A stretch of DNA of 64,000 nucleotides, from the NCBI GenBank assembly GCA_963790475.1, contig CAWBOS010000013.1:128001-192000 (forward strand), given 5' to 3'. The DNA is from an uncultured delta proteobacterium. GTDB lineage: Bacteria; Desulfobacterota; RBG-13-43-22. How positions within the stretch are numbered: the stretch's first letter is position 1; every line of letters begins with the position of its first letter. The position numbers and the translations under genes are program-made. Positions 8,983-20,500 of this stretch are shown in pieces. The notes under the pieces were generated by a model that was given only the letters and a program-made list of their open reading frames with translations, searched no databases and was not told the origin of the DNA.

Positions 8983-10500
8983 ATGAACCGACCTTTTTCT
9001 CTTATGATCGCCGATGATGAAAGAGTCATCCGTGAAGGGATTCAACGGGTTCTTTCCCGGGAGAACCTTGAGATTCACCTGGCTGAAAACGGGGTGCAGG
9101 TCTGGGAGGCCATGCAGCAACGCGGCTTCGATCTGCTCCTGGTCGATCTGAGGATGCCCCAGTTGGACGGAATGGAACTCCTTCATCGTATAAAAGAGCG
9201 CTATCCGGATCAGATTTTTATCATCATCACCGGTCACGCCACCATTGAAGCGGCTGTGGAAGCCATGAAATTAGGGGCCTATGACTTCATCACCAAACCC
9301 TTTGTTCCTGATCAACTGAGACAGGCGGTCCGTCGTGCCCTGGAAAAACGATCCCTGGAAATGGAGGCCCTCCAACTACGAGAAGAGCGGGAAAAGAGCC
9401 TCAAAGACATCGCCATGGAAAAGAGTCGCATTCAAACCATCATCCACTCTATGGCCAGCGGGGTCTTGGTTACTGATCGGGATCAGATTGTGGTCCTCTA
9501 TAATCCGGCCTTGACTCACTTGTTAAAGATTCCCGGAGAACCTCTGGTTGGGAAACCCCTTCCGGGAAGCCCCTCTATGAAAAGCCTGACCGAAGCTATT
9601 GCTCAGGTGTTAAAAGAGGAAGGACCCCGGACTATTTCTGAGGAAACTTCTTTGGATGATCCTGAACCCGTATATCTCCGGGCCCACACCGCAGCCGTTA
9701 CCGGTGATGAGGGAGAAATCCTGGGCTCGGTCTCAGTAATCGAGGATATCACCTATTTAAAGGCCATGGACCTGATGAAAAATGAATTTGTGGCCATGGT
9801 CGCCCACGAACTGCGGTCCCCCATAGCCGCTATTCAACAGCAAATTTCGGTCATCCTCCAGGGGCTGGCAGGCGCGGTAACCGAAAAACAGCAGGAACTT
9901 TTGGGGCGATCCCAAGAACGGGCCAACGGGTTGTTGGATATGATTCGAGACCTGCTGGACATTTCCAAGATGGACACCGGCCGGTCCTTCCAGCAAAAGG
10001 AACACCTGAATCTCTTTCCCCTGGCGGACAAAACCGTCTCCTTCTTACAGCCCCAAGCTCAAGCCAAAAACCAGACTCTGACCCTTCAAGCCCAAGAGGA
10101 CCTTCCACTTATTAATGCCGATCCCCAGGCCATGGAGGAAATAATGACCAATCTGATTTCCAATGCCATCAAATTTACACCGGAAGGGGGGACCATTCAG
10201 GTCCTTTTGAAGCCGGAATTCGACTACCTCCTTATTCAGGTTTCGGATAACGGGATTGGCATTGCCCAGAAGGATCTTCCGCGGATTTTTGATAAGTTTT
10301 ATCGGGTGAAAAGTGAGAAAACCAGAAAAATCGTCGGGACAGGGTTAGGGTTACCCATCGTCAAACAAATAGTTGAAGCTCACCTGGGTTATATTCGAGT
10401 AGAAAGTCAACCGGATCAGGGATCGAGCTTCAAGGTCTTCATCCCTTCCATACCCCCAGAAAGGACACCCTATGATCATACCTCTTCTGAAAAAGAGTGA
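8983..10500 (+). CDS. REC-PAS-HisKA-HATPase hybrid sensor kinase
   Basis: N-terminal receiver (DDE, DLRMP, KPF), H-box VAHELRSP, NLISNAIKF, DNGIG, GTGLGL. Confidence 0.9.
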   Translation: MNRPFSLMIADDERVIREGIQRVLSRENLEIHLAENGVQVWEAMQQRGFDLLLVDLRMPQLDGMELLHRIKERYPDQIFIIITGHATIEAAVEAMKLGAYDFITKPFVPDQLRQAVRRALEKRSLEMEALQLREEREKSLKDIAMEKSRIQTIIHSMASGVLVTDRDQIVVLYNPALTHLLKIPGEPLVGKPLPGSPSMKSLTEAIAQVLKEEGPRTISEETSLDDPEPVYLRAHTAAVTGDEGEILGSVSVIEDITYLKAMDLMKNEFVAMVAHELRSPIAAIQQQISVILQGLAGAVTEKQQELLGRSQERANGLLDMIRDLLDISKMDTGRSFQQKEHLNLFPLADKTVSFLQPQAQAKNQTLTLQAQEDLPLINADPQAMEEIMTNLISNAIKFTPEGGTIQVLLKPEFDYLLIQVSDNGIGIAQKDLPRIFDKFYRVKSEKTRKIVGTGLGLPIVKQIVEAHLGYIRVESQPDQGSSFKVFIPSIPPERTPYDHTSSEKE

Positions 10501-10918
10501 GTTGTTTAATAAAGTTTCTCCCGAAGAGATGAAAGTGTTGACCCCCCTCTCCCAAGAAAAGACCTTCTCCACGGGAACGATTATCTTTTCACAAAACGCT
10601 CCGGCAGAAAGAGTCTATCTCCTGGACCATGGGTCGGTGGCTCTAAAAACCGTTCTCTCCAATGGTCTGGAAATCACCTACGAAATGATTACCAAACCAG
10701 GGGAGCCTTTCGGCTGGTCGGCCCTGATCGAACCTTTTCGGCACATGACCACCGCCCTTTGTCTGGAAGATACCAAGGCCATGGTTTTCAACCGGAAAGA
10801 TCTATACCGAGTTTTTCCCAAGCACCCCAGCCTGGGATTTAAGATCATGCGGAATTTATCTATTCTGATCGCCAAACGCCTGGAGCGTACGCGCAGATTG
10901 TTGGTGGGGCAAATATAA
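10472..10918 (+). CDS. Stand-alone cyclic-nucleotide-binding (Crp-like) domain protein
   Basis: LF..S.EE, GTIIFSQ, GEPFGWSALI; no HTH. Confidence 0.75.
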   Translation: MIIPLLKKSELFNKVSPEEMKVLTPLSQEKTFSTGTIIFSQNAPAERVYLLDHGSVALKTVLSNGLEITYEMITKPGEPFGWSALIEPFRHMTTALCLEDTKAMVFNRKDLYRVFPKHPSLGFKIMRNLSILIAKRLERTRRLLVGQI

Positions 10919-11083
10919 ATAATCCGAAGGGAAGGACTTTATCCGGGTTCGGACCGCTGATTTCCGTTTTTCCACTTGACCCTCTTTTCATCTTATCCTA
11001 TACTCAGGCCTGCTTTATAAGCTAAGGTCAGTCATACCGATCAGTCCGCCGCATTCGGTTTGTTTTCAAAAGAGGCTTTTCCT

Positions 11084-12559
11084 ATGCGTTCGGAAACAGA
11101 AAACCAATTTCTTCTAAAAGCCATTGAGGCCTTTAGAACACGCTTGATCGTAATTTCCCCGGAGTTTAAAATTCTGGCGGTCAACGGCGGCTTGGAGGGA
11201 ACCGATAGTTCGAAGATTGTTGGAAGTCTCTGCCACCAGGTCTTTTACGACCGCCCGGAACCCTGCCCCAACTGCGCGGTCCATAGAGCCAGAGAAACCG
11301 GCCTCCCGGCCTTACAGCCAAAACTGGGAGAATTTACCGAGACCAGGGCCATCCCCTGTCTTTATGCCTATCCGGTTTATACTGACAATAAAATTGAAGC
11401 CTTCGTCAGCCTGGATTTCGACCTTCCGGCCCGTAGCGAAATCGAAGTCTCCCTGCAGAGTTCGAATGCCCTGCTGCGCAATCTGATCCTCAGCGCCGTT
11501 GATGGGGTCATTGCCGCCGACAAAAAGGGTCGAATCCTGATTTTCAACGAAATGGCGGCTGAGCTGTTCGGTTACGGCGTGGCCGAAGCCATGGAAAGCT
11601 TAGATATCCGGGACATCTATCCCGATCAAAAAGAGCTGGAGGTCATGAAGGCCCTGCGCAGTGAGGACTACGGCGGACGGGGCAAGCTGCACTCTTTCGA
11701 AGTAGAAGTTATCAATAAGAAGGGGGAACATATCCCTATTGATCTGAATGCTTCCATCGTCTATGAAGGGGATCGGGAAGTGGCCACCATCGGCTTTTTT
11801 CGTGACCAGCGCGGGATCAACCGCATGAAGGAAGAACTGGAAAGGACCCAACTGCAATTACTTCAGTCGGAAAAAATGGCCTCCCTGGGCAAGCTGGCGG
11901 CCGGCGTGGCCCATCAGCTTAATAATCCCTTGTCCGGCATCATCCTGTTCACCCGGTTGGTCCTGGAGGAGTACACCCTGGAAGAGGGCGCCAGAAAGGA
12001 CCTCACCCGGGTCATAGAAGATGCCGAACGCTGCCGGGACACGGTCAAGGAACTGCTGGAATTCGCCCGCCAGACCAAACATATCCGGCGGCCTCACGAT
12101 ATTAACCGGGCCATTTCCCGGACCCTTTTTCTATTGGAAAATCAAACGCTGTTTCAAAACATTGACATTGAAAAGCACCTGGACCCAAATTTACCCCCGG
12201 TGACCGCTGACATCCAACAACTGAACCATATGTTTATGAATATTATTCTAAACGCCGCCCAGGCCATGGAAGGAAAGGGTAATTTAATTATAAGAACCAC
12301 GGCCCTTCCCGAAAAGGAACAGGTCCGCATCGAAATTTCAGATACCGGCCCGGGGATTCCCGACGATATCCTGTCCCATATCTTTGATCCCTTTTTTACC
12401 ACTAAACAAGAGGGAGAAGGGACCGGCTTGGGATTAAGTTTGGTATACGGGATTGTACAAAATCAGGGGGGTGAAATCAAGGTTCAGAGTACCCTGGGTG
12501 AGGGAGCGACCTTCATCATCGACCTGCCCATCATGCCCAAAGCAGACGGAGGAAGCTGA
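11084..12559 (+). CDS. PAS-domain NtrB-like sensor histidine kinase
   Basis: EKMASLGKLAAGVAHQLNNPL, NAAQAM, DTGPGI, FDPFFTTK, GTGLGL; N-terminal CHQVF...CPNC PAS motif. Confidence 0.9.
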   Translation: MRSETENQFLLKAIEAFRTRLIVISPEFKILAVNGGLEGTDSSKIVGSLCHQVFYDRPEPCPNCAVHRARETGLPALQPKLGEFTETRAIPCLYAYPVYTDNKIEAFVSLDFDLPARSEIEVSLQSSNALLRNLILSAVDGVIAADKKGRILIFNEMAAELFGYGVAEAMESLDIRDIYPDQKELEVMKALRSEDYGGRGKLHSFEVEVINKKGEHIPIDLNASIVYEGDREVATIGFFRDQRGINRMKEELERTQLQLLQSEKMASLGKLAAGVAHQLNNPLSGIILFTRLVLEEYTLEEGARKDLTRVIEDAERCRDTVKELLEFARQTKHIRRPHDINRAISRTLFLLENQTLFQNIDIEKHLDPNLPPVTADIQQLNHMFMNIILNAAQAMEGKGNLIIRTTALPEKEQVRIEISDTGPGIPDDILSHIFDPFFTTKQEGEGTGLGLSLVYGIVQNQGGEIKVQSTLGEGATFIIDLPIMPKADGGS

Positions 12560-12560
12560 A

Positions 12561-14053
12561 GTGAATAAGGAGCTCGAGGGAATACGGATTCTGGTAGTGG
12601 ACGACGAACGGGATATCCGCGATGCTTCGGAGCGTATTCTGAGCCGCGTCGGTTTTCAATTGGTTACCGCCAAACGCGGAGAGGAAGCCCTCCAGGTCTT
12701 TCAGGAGGCGCACCCGGCCATCGTGCTCCTTGACTTAAAGATGCCCGGCATGGACGGCATGGAGGTTCTTAAGCGCCTCCGGGAAGGGGACCCTTCCATT
12801 CTGGTGATTGTCATTACCGGTTACGCCACGGTGGAAACAGCCATTGAAGCCATGAAGCAGGGCGCCTATGATTTCATCCCCAAGCCTTTCGAACCGGATC
12901 AGCTGCGTATTGTGGTCAATCGGGCGGCTGAAAAAATCCGCCTGACCCGGGAAGCCAAAAAACTGGAACAGGAAAAAGCCCGCACCATGTCCGATTTGGA
13001 CACCGAAAAAAGCCGCTTGCGGACGATCATCGAATCGCTGCCGGATGGGGTTATGGTCACCAACACCAGCGGACAGGTGGTGCTGATCAATCCCTCCTGC
13101 AAACAGATGCTGAAACTGGACCCCGACACCGCACCGGGCCGGCCTATTCAAGAGTATGTAGCGGATGAAGCCTTGTGCAATCTGGGTCTGGATATATCCA
13201 AAGGAAAATATGTGGATTACGGGGATATCCCCGAGCAGGAGTTCGCCCTGACCGATGGAACCTATCCTGCGGGCCATGGCCCTGCCGGTCTTGGGAGAAC
13301 GAAAGGAATGCCTGGGAGCGATCATCAATTTCATCGACATCACTTCCATGAAGGCCCTCGATCGGCTGAAGTCGGAGTTTGTGGCCAAAGTCTCCCATGA
13401 ATTGCGTTCACCCCTTTCCACCATCCATGAACAGATCGCCATAGTCGTTGGCGACCTGGTGAGCAGCCAGCCCCAACAGCACCAACACCTGCTGGCCCGG
13501 GCCAAGGAAAAAACCCAGGGGTTGATCTCTTTGATCGGTGATCTGCTCGACTTATCGCGGATTGAGGAAGGGAATCACCAGCCGGGAGCCGAAACCGATC
13601 CGGGTGGACGAACTGTTGAAAAATATCGTCGATTTTCTTTCCACCAGGGCCTCGGCCAAAAAACAATCCCTGACCCTTGAGGTTCTATCCCGGGACCTGC
13701 CGGAAATCAAGGCCGATCCCCTGGCCCTGGAAAGCATTTTCGGAAATCTGATCACCAATGCCATCACCTATACCCAGGAAGGAGGCTGCATTCGAGTTGA
13801 ATTGGACCGGGCCGGCATCAATATCCGGGTCAAAGTAGTGGACAACGGCTTCGGTATTGCCGAAAAATATATCGACAAAATTTTCGATCGCTTTTACCGG
13901 GTTAAGGATGAAAGAACCCGCTATATCACCGGGACCGGGCTGGGGCTTCCCATTGTCAAAGGCCTGGTGGATTCTTTGGGCGGGATCATCGAGGTGACCA
14001 GTACCCCTGGGGAGGGATCGACCTTCACCGTTCTGCTTCCGGTCCAACAGTGA
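12561..14053 (+). CDS. REC-PAS-HisKA-HATPase hybrid kinase, paralog of 8983-10500; two apparent frameshifts (~13266, ~13571)
   Basis: Three overlapping ORFs join into one protein when single extra bases are removed; VSHELRSP, NLITNAI, GTGLGL. Confidence 0.8.
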
Positions 14054-14061
14054 AACACCCC

Positions 14062-14881
14062 TTAGGCGTTATCCCGTAAAGCGTTTAGAAACTCCTCCGG
14101 AGGAACCTGCAATCCGGTCCACAAGGCAAAGGCCCTTCGGGCCTGGTAGGCCAGGGCCGACAACCCGTCCATAAACCGAATGTCTTTGGACCGGGCCAGC
14201 TCTTCCCAAAAATTTCTTTGGCGGCCGTAATTAAGATCAAAAACCAACCGGCATCCCGGGAGATCAAGACTGCTCACCAGATCGGCCATTTCCGGAGATT
14301 CATCACGGCTGGAAACTGATGTGGCATTGACTACAATATCTACGGGGAGCGGGCCTTCGGGGAAGGACGACAAATCCAGCGGCTCCCCACCCAAGTGTCT
14401 CAATAAGGGCCTTTGTTTTATCCATATTGCGTCCGGCGACATAGATGGTAGCCGCCCGCAGCCAGTTTAAAATAAACACCACCGCCCTGGCCACCCCGCC
14501 GGTTCCAAAAACTAAGGCCACTTTCCCGTCCACCTCGAATCCCGCTTCGTTGAGCGCATCCATGACGCCGATGGCATTCGTATTGTATCCCTTCAAACGA
14601 TCCCCGTCCCGAACAACGGTATTAACCGCTCCGATGATGTTGGCGCCCTCGGAAAGGACATCCAACAAAGGGAGCACGGCTTCCTTGTAGGGGACGGTGA
14701 TGTTGGCCCCGGCCATGTGCAGGATCCGGATACTTTGAATGGCCTGTCCCAGGTCCTGGGGTTTGACGACGAAGGGGACATAGGTCCCATTAATGCCCTG
14801 ACGTTTCAGGACCCGGGAAAACATAATCGGAGATTTCGATTGTCCCGCCCGTTCGTCACTCAGAATACAAAAAACTTTCAT
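14062..14881 (-). CDS. aroE: Shikimate dehydrogenase family protein (frameshift ~14390)
   Basis: SKSP, GANITVPYK, GAVNT, GYNTN, GTGGVARA, VNATS, DLNY, DGL motifs. Confidence 0.8.
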
Positions 14882-14914
14882 CGTAATTATCCGGGGAAAG
14901 GATTCAAGGGTAAT

Positions 14915-14972
14915 AGTTCGGAGTTCGAAGTAACATCTTATTGCCGAATCATAAATCCAACAACTCCGAACT
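14915..14972. repeat. Inverted heptamer repeat, same family as 424-484
   Basis: agttcggagtt at 14915-14925 and aactccgaact at 14962-14972. Confidence 0.7.
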
Positions 14973-14992
14973 CCCAACTCTGAGCTTCTTTA

Positions 14993-15385
14993 TTACAGCC
15001 CCAGCAGCCTTTTCAGGCTTTTGGTGATTTCTTCGGCCGAGGCCGGTTTGCTGATGTAGTCATCGGCTTCAGTGGACATACCGTCGTAATGGGAGTAGCG
15101 TGTGGAGGTCACATGGGAGGCTACCGCCGTCAGCAGGATAATGGGGATGTCACGGTATCGGTCATCCTTTTTGAGTTCTTTGCAGACCTCGTACCCGTCT
15201 TTTTCAGGCATCATCACATCCAGCACAATGGCATCAGGCGGATTGGAGCGCACCTTTTCCAGACCCTCCACCCCGTTATAAGCCACCTCAACCTTGAAGC
15301 CCTCTTTTTCCAAATTACCCTGGACGATGATAGCGAAGTCCGGTTCATCGTCTACAACTAAGACCCTCTTTTGCTGGTTCATCAT
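14993..15385 (-). CDS. Single-domain response regulator
   Basis: VVDDE, LDVMMP, LLTA, KP. Confidence 0.9.
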   Translation of the reverse strand: MMNQQKRVLVVDDEPDFAIIVQGNLEKEGFKVEVAYNGVEGLEKVRSNPPDAIVLDVMMPEKDGYEVCKELKKDDRYRDIPIILLTAVASHVTSTRYSHYDGMSTEADDYISKPASAEEITKSLKRLLGL

Positions 15386-15433
15386 GACCTCCCCATCTGT
15401 ATCGCATTCAGTTAATTGTTACCTTTTTTATTT

Positions 15434-16366
15434 TTATTCAACCGTCGGTCTCGGAAACAAGCCTGACCTTTCCACGATTTCCGGGACCATCTCCTCCCAT
15501 TCGATAGCCATGATGTGAAATCCGGCCACCCCTTTTACTCCTTTAAGGCGCTGGATGGACTCAACGCAGATTTTGATCCCCTCTTCGGCCTGTTTTTCTT
15601 TGGGTGTGTCCGCCAGGCGCTTGACAACAGCATCCGGCACGTCCATACCGGGCACCCGGTTTTTCATGTAGCGGGCCATCCCGGCTGATTTCATCGGGGT
15701 CAACCCGGCCAAAATATAAACCTGCTCGGTCAACCCCCGGTCCCGGGCTTTGCTCAGCCAGTCTTCAAATTTGTCCAGATTATAGATGCATTGGGTCTGG
15801 ATAAACTCGGCCCCGGCGGCCACTTTCTTGGCCAACCGCGGTACACGGATTTCGTAGGGGTCGGCAAAGGGATTAGCCGCTGCTCCGACGAACATCTGCG
15901 GAGGCCGGCTGATGGCATCACCTCCCAGAAACTTGCCTTCGTCGCGCATATGTCTGACGGTCTGGACCAGCTGCAGCGAGTCGATGTCGTGGACGTTCTG
16001 TCCCTGGGCACAGTCCCCGAAACTCTGATGATCTCCTGAAAGGCAGAGGATATTGTGGATGTCGAATGAGGCCGCGCCCAGAATGTCGCTTTGGAGGGCG
16101 ATCCGGTTCCGATCCCGGGTCACCATCTGCAAAACGGGTTCCAGCCCCATCAACTTCAGTCGAATACAGGCGGCCAGACTGCACAAACGGGTCATGGAGG
16201 TCTGGTTGTCGGTCACATTGATGGCATCAACATGGTTCTTAATCATTTCCGCCTTGCGAGTAATCACCTCAGGGTCACTGCCGCGAGGGGGACCGCATTC
16301 GGAGGTGACGGCCATCTTTCCGGAAGCCAAAATTTTTTCCAGTTTGCTCGGTGTCTTGGCCTTCAT
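15434..16366 (-). CDS. metF: Methylenetetrahydrofolate reductase MetF
   Basis: ECGPPRG, NVTDN, RDRNRIALQ, LSGD, KKVAAGAEFIQTQ. Confidence 0.9.
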   Translation of the reverse strand: MKAKTPSKLEKILASGKMAVTSECGPPRGSDPEVITRKAEMIKNHVDAINVTDNQTSMTRLCSLAACIRLKLMGLEPVLQMVTRDRNRIALQSDILGAASFDIHNILCLSGDHQSFGDCAQGQNVHDIDSLQLVQTVRHMRDEGKFLGGDAISRPPQMFVGAAANPFADPYEIRVPRLAKKVAAGAEFIQTQCIYNLDKFEDWLSKARDRGLTEQVYILAGLTPMKSAGMARYMKNRVPGMDVPDAVVKRLADTPKEKQAEEGIKICVESIQRLKGVKGVAGFHIMAIEWEEMVPEIVERSGLFPRPTVE

Positions 16367-17031
16367 AGCTTCAAATCCTCCCTGACGACTTTTCGCGGTC
16401 CGCCGGCCCGGTCGGTGGACCAGTTCTTGATTGGGGTCAGTTTTTCATAGTCATCCATCCGCCCCAGGGCCTTCAGCCGGTCGATGATCAACTGCCAGGC
16501 GCAGGGGACCTCTTTGCTGATTTCACATTTTCCGGCCGTAGACCCGCCGCAGGGCCCGTTCAGGATCCGCTTGGCGCAGCGGGAAACCGGACAGATGCCG
16601 CCTGAAATGGCCAGCAGACACTGGCCGCAACCCTGGCAGCGTTCGGACCAGACCCCCCTGGCCTCGTTGGCCCCCATGAACAGGGTGTTCACCCCGGGGT
16701 AAACCGGTTTGGTCTGGTACTTTTCGGCGGTGAATTGAACCCCGACCCCACAGGCAATAGACAACACCGCCTCATAGTGATCGAGGCTGTCCCGGATCTC
16801 TTCCAGGTACTCATGATCACACTGCCGCTCCAGGGTCCGTTCCCCGATGTTCACTTCCCGCCCCTGCTGCAGGAAATGCATGCGCAAGGCCGAGGCCAGA
16901 AGGCCCACTTCTTTCTTCCCGCCGACCTCGCAAACCGTTACGCATTCATTACATCCCAAGACCAGGACGCTCTGGCAGTCTTTGACGTAATCAATGATTT
17001 CTTCTATCGGCTTTTTATCGGCCACAATCAT
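16363..17031 (-). CDS. metV: MetV (MTHFR C-terminal Cys-rich subunit)
   Basis: CNECVTVC, ERQC, ACGVGVQ, CQGCGQC, CPVSRCAKRILNGPCGG, CAW; overlaps metF start. Confidence 0.85.
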   Translation of the reverse strand: MIVADKKPIEEIIDYVKDCQSVLVLGCNECVTVCEVGGKKEVGLLASALRMHFLQQGREVNIGERTLERQCDHEYLEEIRDSLDHYEAVLSIACGVGVQFTAEKYQTKPVYPGVNTLFMGANEARGVWSERCQGCGQCLLAISGGICPVSRCAKRILNGPCGGSTAGKCEISKEVPCAWQLIIDRLKALGRMDDYEKLTPIKNWSTDRAGGPRKVVREDLKL

Positions 17032-17079
17032 CGCTTTTGACCTCCATTTCTGATTGTTTCGCAGGTTTCATTAATCTGC

Positions 17080-17553
17080 TTAAAGGGTTACACCAGCGGC
17101 CTCTTTCTGATCCTGCCGGATTTTTTTCAGTTTTTTCAAGACCCCTCGAATCGGATTCGGGCCGGCTTCAAGAATTCGGGCGTGCATTTCCTCGGCAAAC
17201 CGGGCGAACAGGGGACCATCGCTGGAAGACAGGTTGAACATCTGCAATCGATGGCCGCCGATACCGATGGCGTCCAGGGTTTTCCGGATTTGCTCCACCC
17301 GGGCCTTGGCCCTGAAATTGCCTTTTTCGTAATGGCAGTCCCCTTCGCGGCATCCCACCAAATAAACCCCGTCGGCCCCCTTCTCAAAGGATCGCATCAG
17401 ATGCAGGGCATCGACTTTTCCGGTGCAGGGAACGCGAATAATCTTTATGGACGAAGGATAACCCAAGCGCATCGAACCTGCCAGGTCCGCAGCCGTGTAT
17501 CCTCAGAAATTACAGCAGAAGGCGATGATGATCGGCTTAAAATCTTGGCTCAT
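17080..17553 (-). CDS. mvhD: MvhD [2Fe-2S] subunit, selenoprotein (UGA=Sec, codon 17)
   Basis: Read-through gives [33 protein letters not shown]...VPCTG...GADG...GC..GDCHY; TGA at 17503-17505 sits at the conserved Cys; ATGA overlap with upstream gene. Confidence 0.9.
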
Positions 17554-20500
17554 AGGGCCCCCTCCAATAAAGTGTCGATCTTACATAAAAGCTGATCGTC
17601 TTCATACCAGTTGAGTTCGATGGCCTTGGCCGGGCATTCAGCGGCACAGATCCCGCACCCGTGGCACAGGGCCTCATCGATTTCACTGAACCCTTCGGCA
17701 TTGATCTTGGGCACGCCGTAAGGACAGGACCTGACACAGATAAGGCAAGCCGCGCACAAATCGGTCTGAACCTGGGCGGTTACGGCCGATAGGGTCAGTT
17801 CTTTCCGGGAAAGGAAGGTGGTGGCCCGGGAGGCCGCGGCTTGGGCCTGGGCGATGGTTTCGTTCATCAGTTTCGGGCTGTGGGCCGCTTCCGCAAATAA
17901 AGATCCCTTCGGTGGCCATGTCCACCGGACGCAGTTTGACATGGGCTTCCATAAAGTACCCTTCGGCGGTCCGGGCCAGCTTGACGATTGAAGCCAGTTC
18001 TTCGGTATCCGCCGCCACCATCCCGGCACTTAAGCCCAGAAGGTCGACCTTGACCTGCATATTTCGACCCAGGACATGGTCCCTGAAATTTACCACCAGT
18101 CCTTCTTCAACCTGTTCCACCTGGGGAGGGGTTTCCGGGTCGAAGCGGAAGAAGACCACCCCTTTTTCCCGGGCTTCTTTATAATAGGTTTCCAGCAATC
18201 CATAGGTGCGGATATCGCGGTAAAAAATGAATACCTCGGCCTCGGGATTGAGATTTTTTATTTTAAGGGCGTTCTTGATGGCACTTTGACAACAGATGCG
18301 CGAACAATTGGGGTTTTCCTCGTTCCGGGATCCGACACACTGGATCATGGCCACCTGGTTCAGATCTTGGGCCCCTTTTTCTTTGAGACGTTTGGCCAGC
18401 TCAACCTGAGTCATGACTTTTTCGCTTTGACCGTAGAGATATTCCCGGGGTTGATATTCGGAAGCCCCGGTGGCAATCAGGGTCACCCCGTGATTGATCT
18501 TGCGCTGGTACGGGCCCGGTCCGACGAGTAGCTCGGTGGTGAAGTTTCCCTGGAAACCGGTAAATCCGACTACTAAAGCCTGGGTCAGTACCTGAATCAG
18601 GGGATGGGTGGTCACCCGTTCTACCAGACCTTGCAGATAGGTCTGAATATCATCTCCTTCAATAGTAAAGGTCAGACGGTTGGCCATGCCCCCCAATTGT
18701 TTTTCCTTCTCAACCAACACCACCTCATATCCCTGATCAGCCAGTCCCAGGGCGGCATTCATTCCCGGCCACCCCGCCGCCGATAACCAAGGCGCGTTGG
18801 TTGACGGTGATGACCTTCTCCCGCAGCGGGCTAAGGCTTCCGGCCCGCGAGACGGCCATACGGATCAGTTCCCGGGCCTTATCGGTGGCCTCCCGGGGAT
18901 CGTCCGAGTGGACCCAGGAATCCTGGTTGCGGATGTTGGCCATTTCCAGGAGGTACTTATTTAAGCCGCAACTCTGGAGGGTATCCATAAAGATGCCCTC
19001 ATGGGTTTTCGGGGTACAGGCGGCCACCACCACCCGGTTGAGCCGGTGCTCCCGAATACTTTCTTTCATGATTTCCAAGGAATCCTGACTGCAGGAAAAA
19101 AGGTTCTGCCGGGCATAGACCACGTTGGGCAGGCTTCGGGCAAAGGCCTCCGCCTCGGCCACATCCACGACTCCGGCGATATTGATACCGCAGTTGCAGA
19201 CATAGACCCCGATGCGTGGTTCTTCGTCCGCGACCTCGATTTCCTGGGGAAGGTCAAGGGTTCTGGTGCGTGTGTTTCGGACATTGGCCAATTTTACCCC
19301 GGCCAGGCAAGCCGCGGCACTGGCCTCGGTAACCGAACCGGGGATATCCTTGGGTCCCTGAAACACGCCGCAGGCATAGACGCCCGCACGGGAGGTCTCT
19401 ATGGGCGCAAAGGTCGATGTCTTGACAAAGCCGTATCCATCCAGCTCCACATCGAGCCTCCGGGCCAGATCCTTGGAAGATTCCGGCACCTGGAGGCCCA
19501 CGGACAGGACGATCAGGTCAAAGAATTCTTCTTTAACCTCGCCGTCTTCATCCACATAGCGGATATGCAGATCCCGGTCTCCGGCGATTTCGTCAAAGGA
19601 GTGAACCCGGGACCTTGATGAAGCGCACGCCGGCCTTGTCTCTGGCCCGCAGATAGATATTTTTCGTAGTCCTTTCCGAAGGTACGAATATCCATGTTGA
19701 AAATGGCACAATCCAAATCTCCCTTGGCATGCTCCTTGGCCATCATGGCATCCTTGATGGCGTACATACAGCATACCGAGGAGCAATAGCTGTTCCCGCA
19801 GTGATTGGTGTCCCTGGACCCGATGCATTGAAACCAGGCGATTTTTTTCGGCTCTTTTCCGTCGGAGGGACGGATCAGGTGCCCCTGGGTCGGGCCGGAA
19901 GCGCTCAGGATTCTCTCGAATTCCAGACTGGTCAGGACATTGGGATTTCTGTGGTATTGATAAAGCTCTTCCAGAGGGGAAGGGTCATAGGGCCGGCTGC
20001 CGGTAGCCAAAACAACCGAACCGATCTCGATTTCCTTTTCCATCACCGTCTGATCATGGTCCACGGCTTGGGCCAGACAGGCCTCGACACACTGGTAGCA
20101 TTCGGAGCAAATACCGCATTTCAGACATCGGCGGGCTTCCTGTTGTGAATCGCTTTCCTGATAACCCAGTTGAACCTCATTGAAGTTTTGGATGCGTTGA
20201 TCGGCCGGGGCCTGAGACATCCGGGTTCGCGCTTGAAGAATCTGCCCCTCGGTTGGAACATCAATAACAGCTTCCCAATGTTTCGGTCGCCCCTGGCGCA
20301 GATCGCGGCCCTGGAGAAAGCGGTCAATGGAAAGGGCCGCTTCTTTGCCGGCCCCGATGGCCTCCACTACGGTCCGCGGTCCGCTGACCGCATCCCCGCC
20401 GGCAAAGATATCCCGGTCGTCGGACTGTAAGGTTACCGGATCGACCCGGATGGTCCCCCAATCATTTAGCTTACAGGCGCACTCTTCGGTCAGGCAGGTC

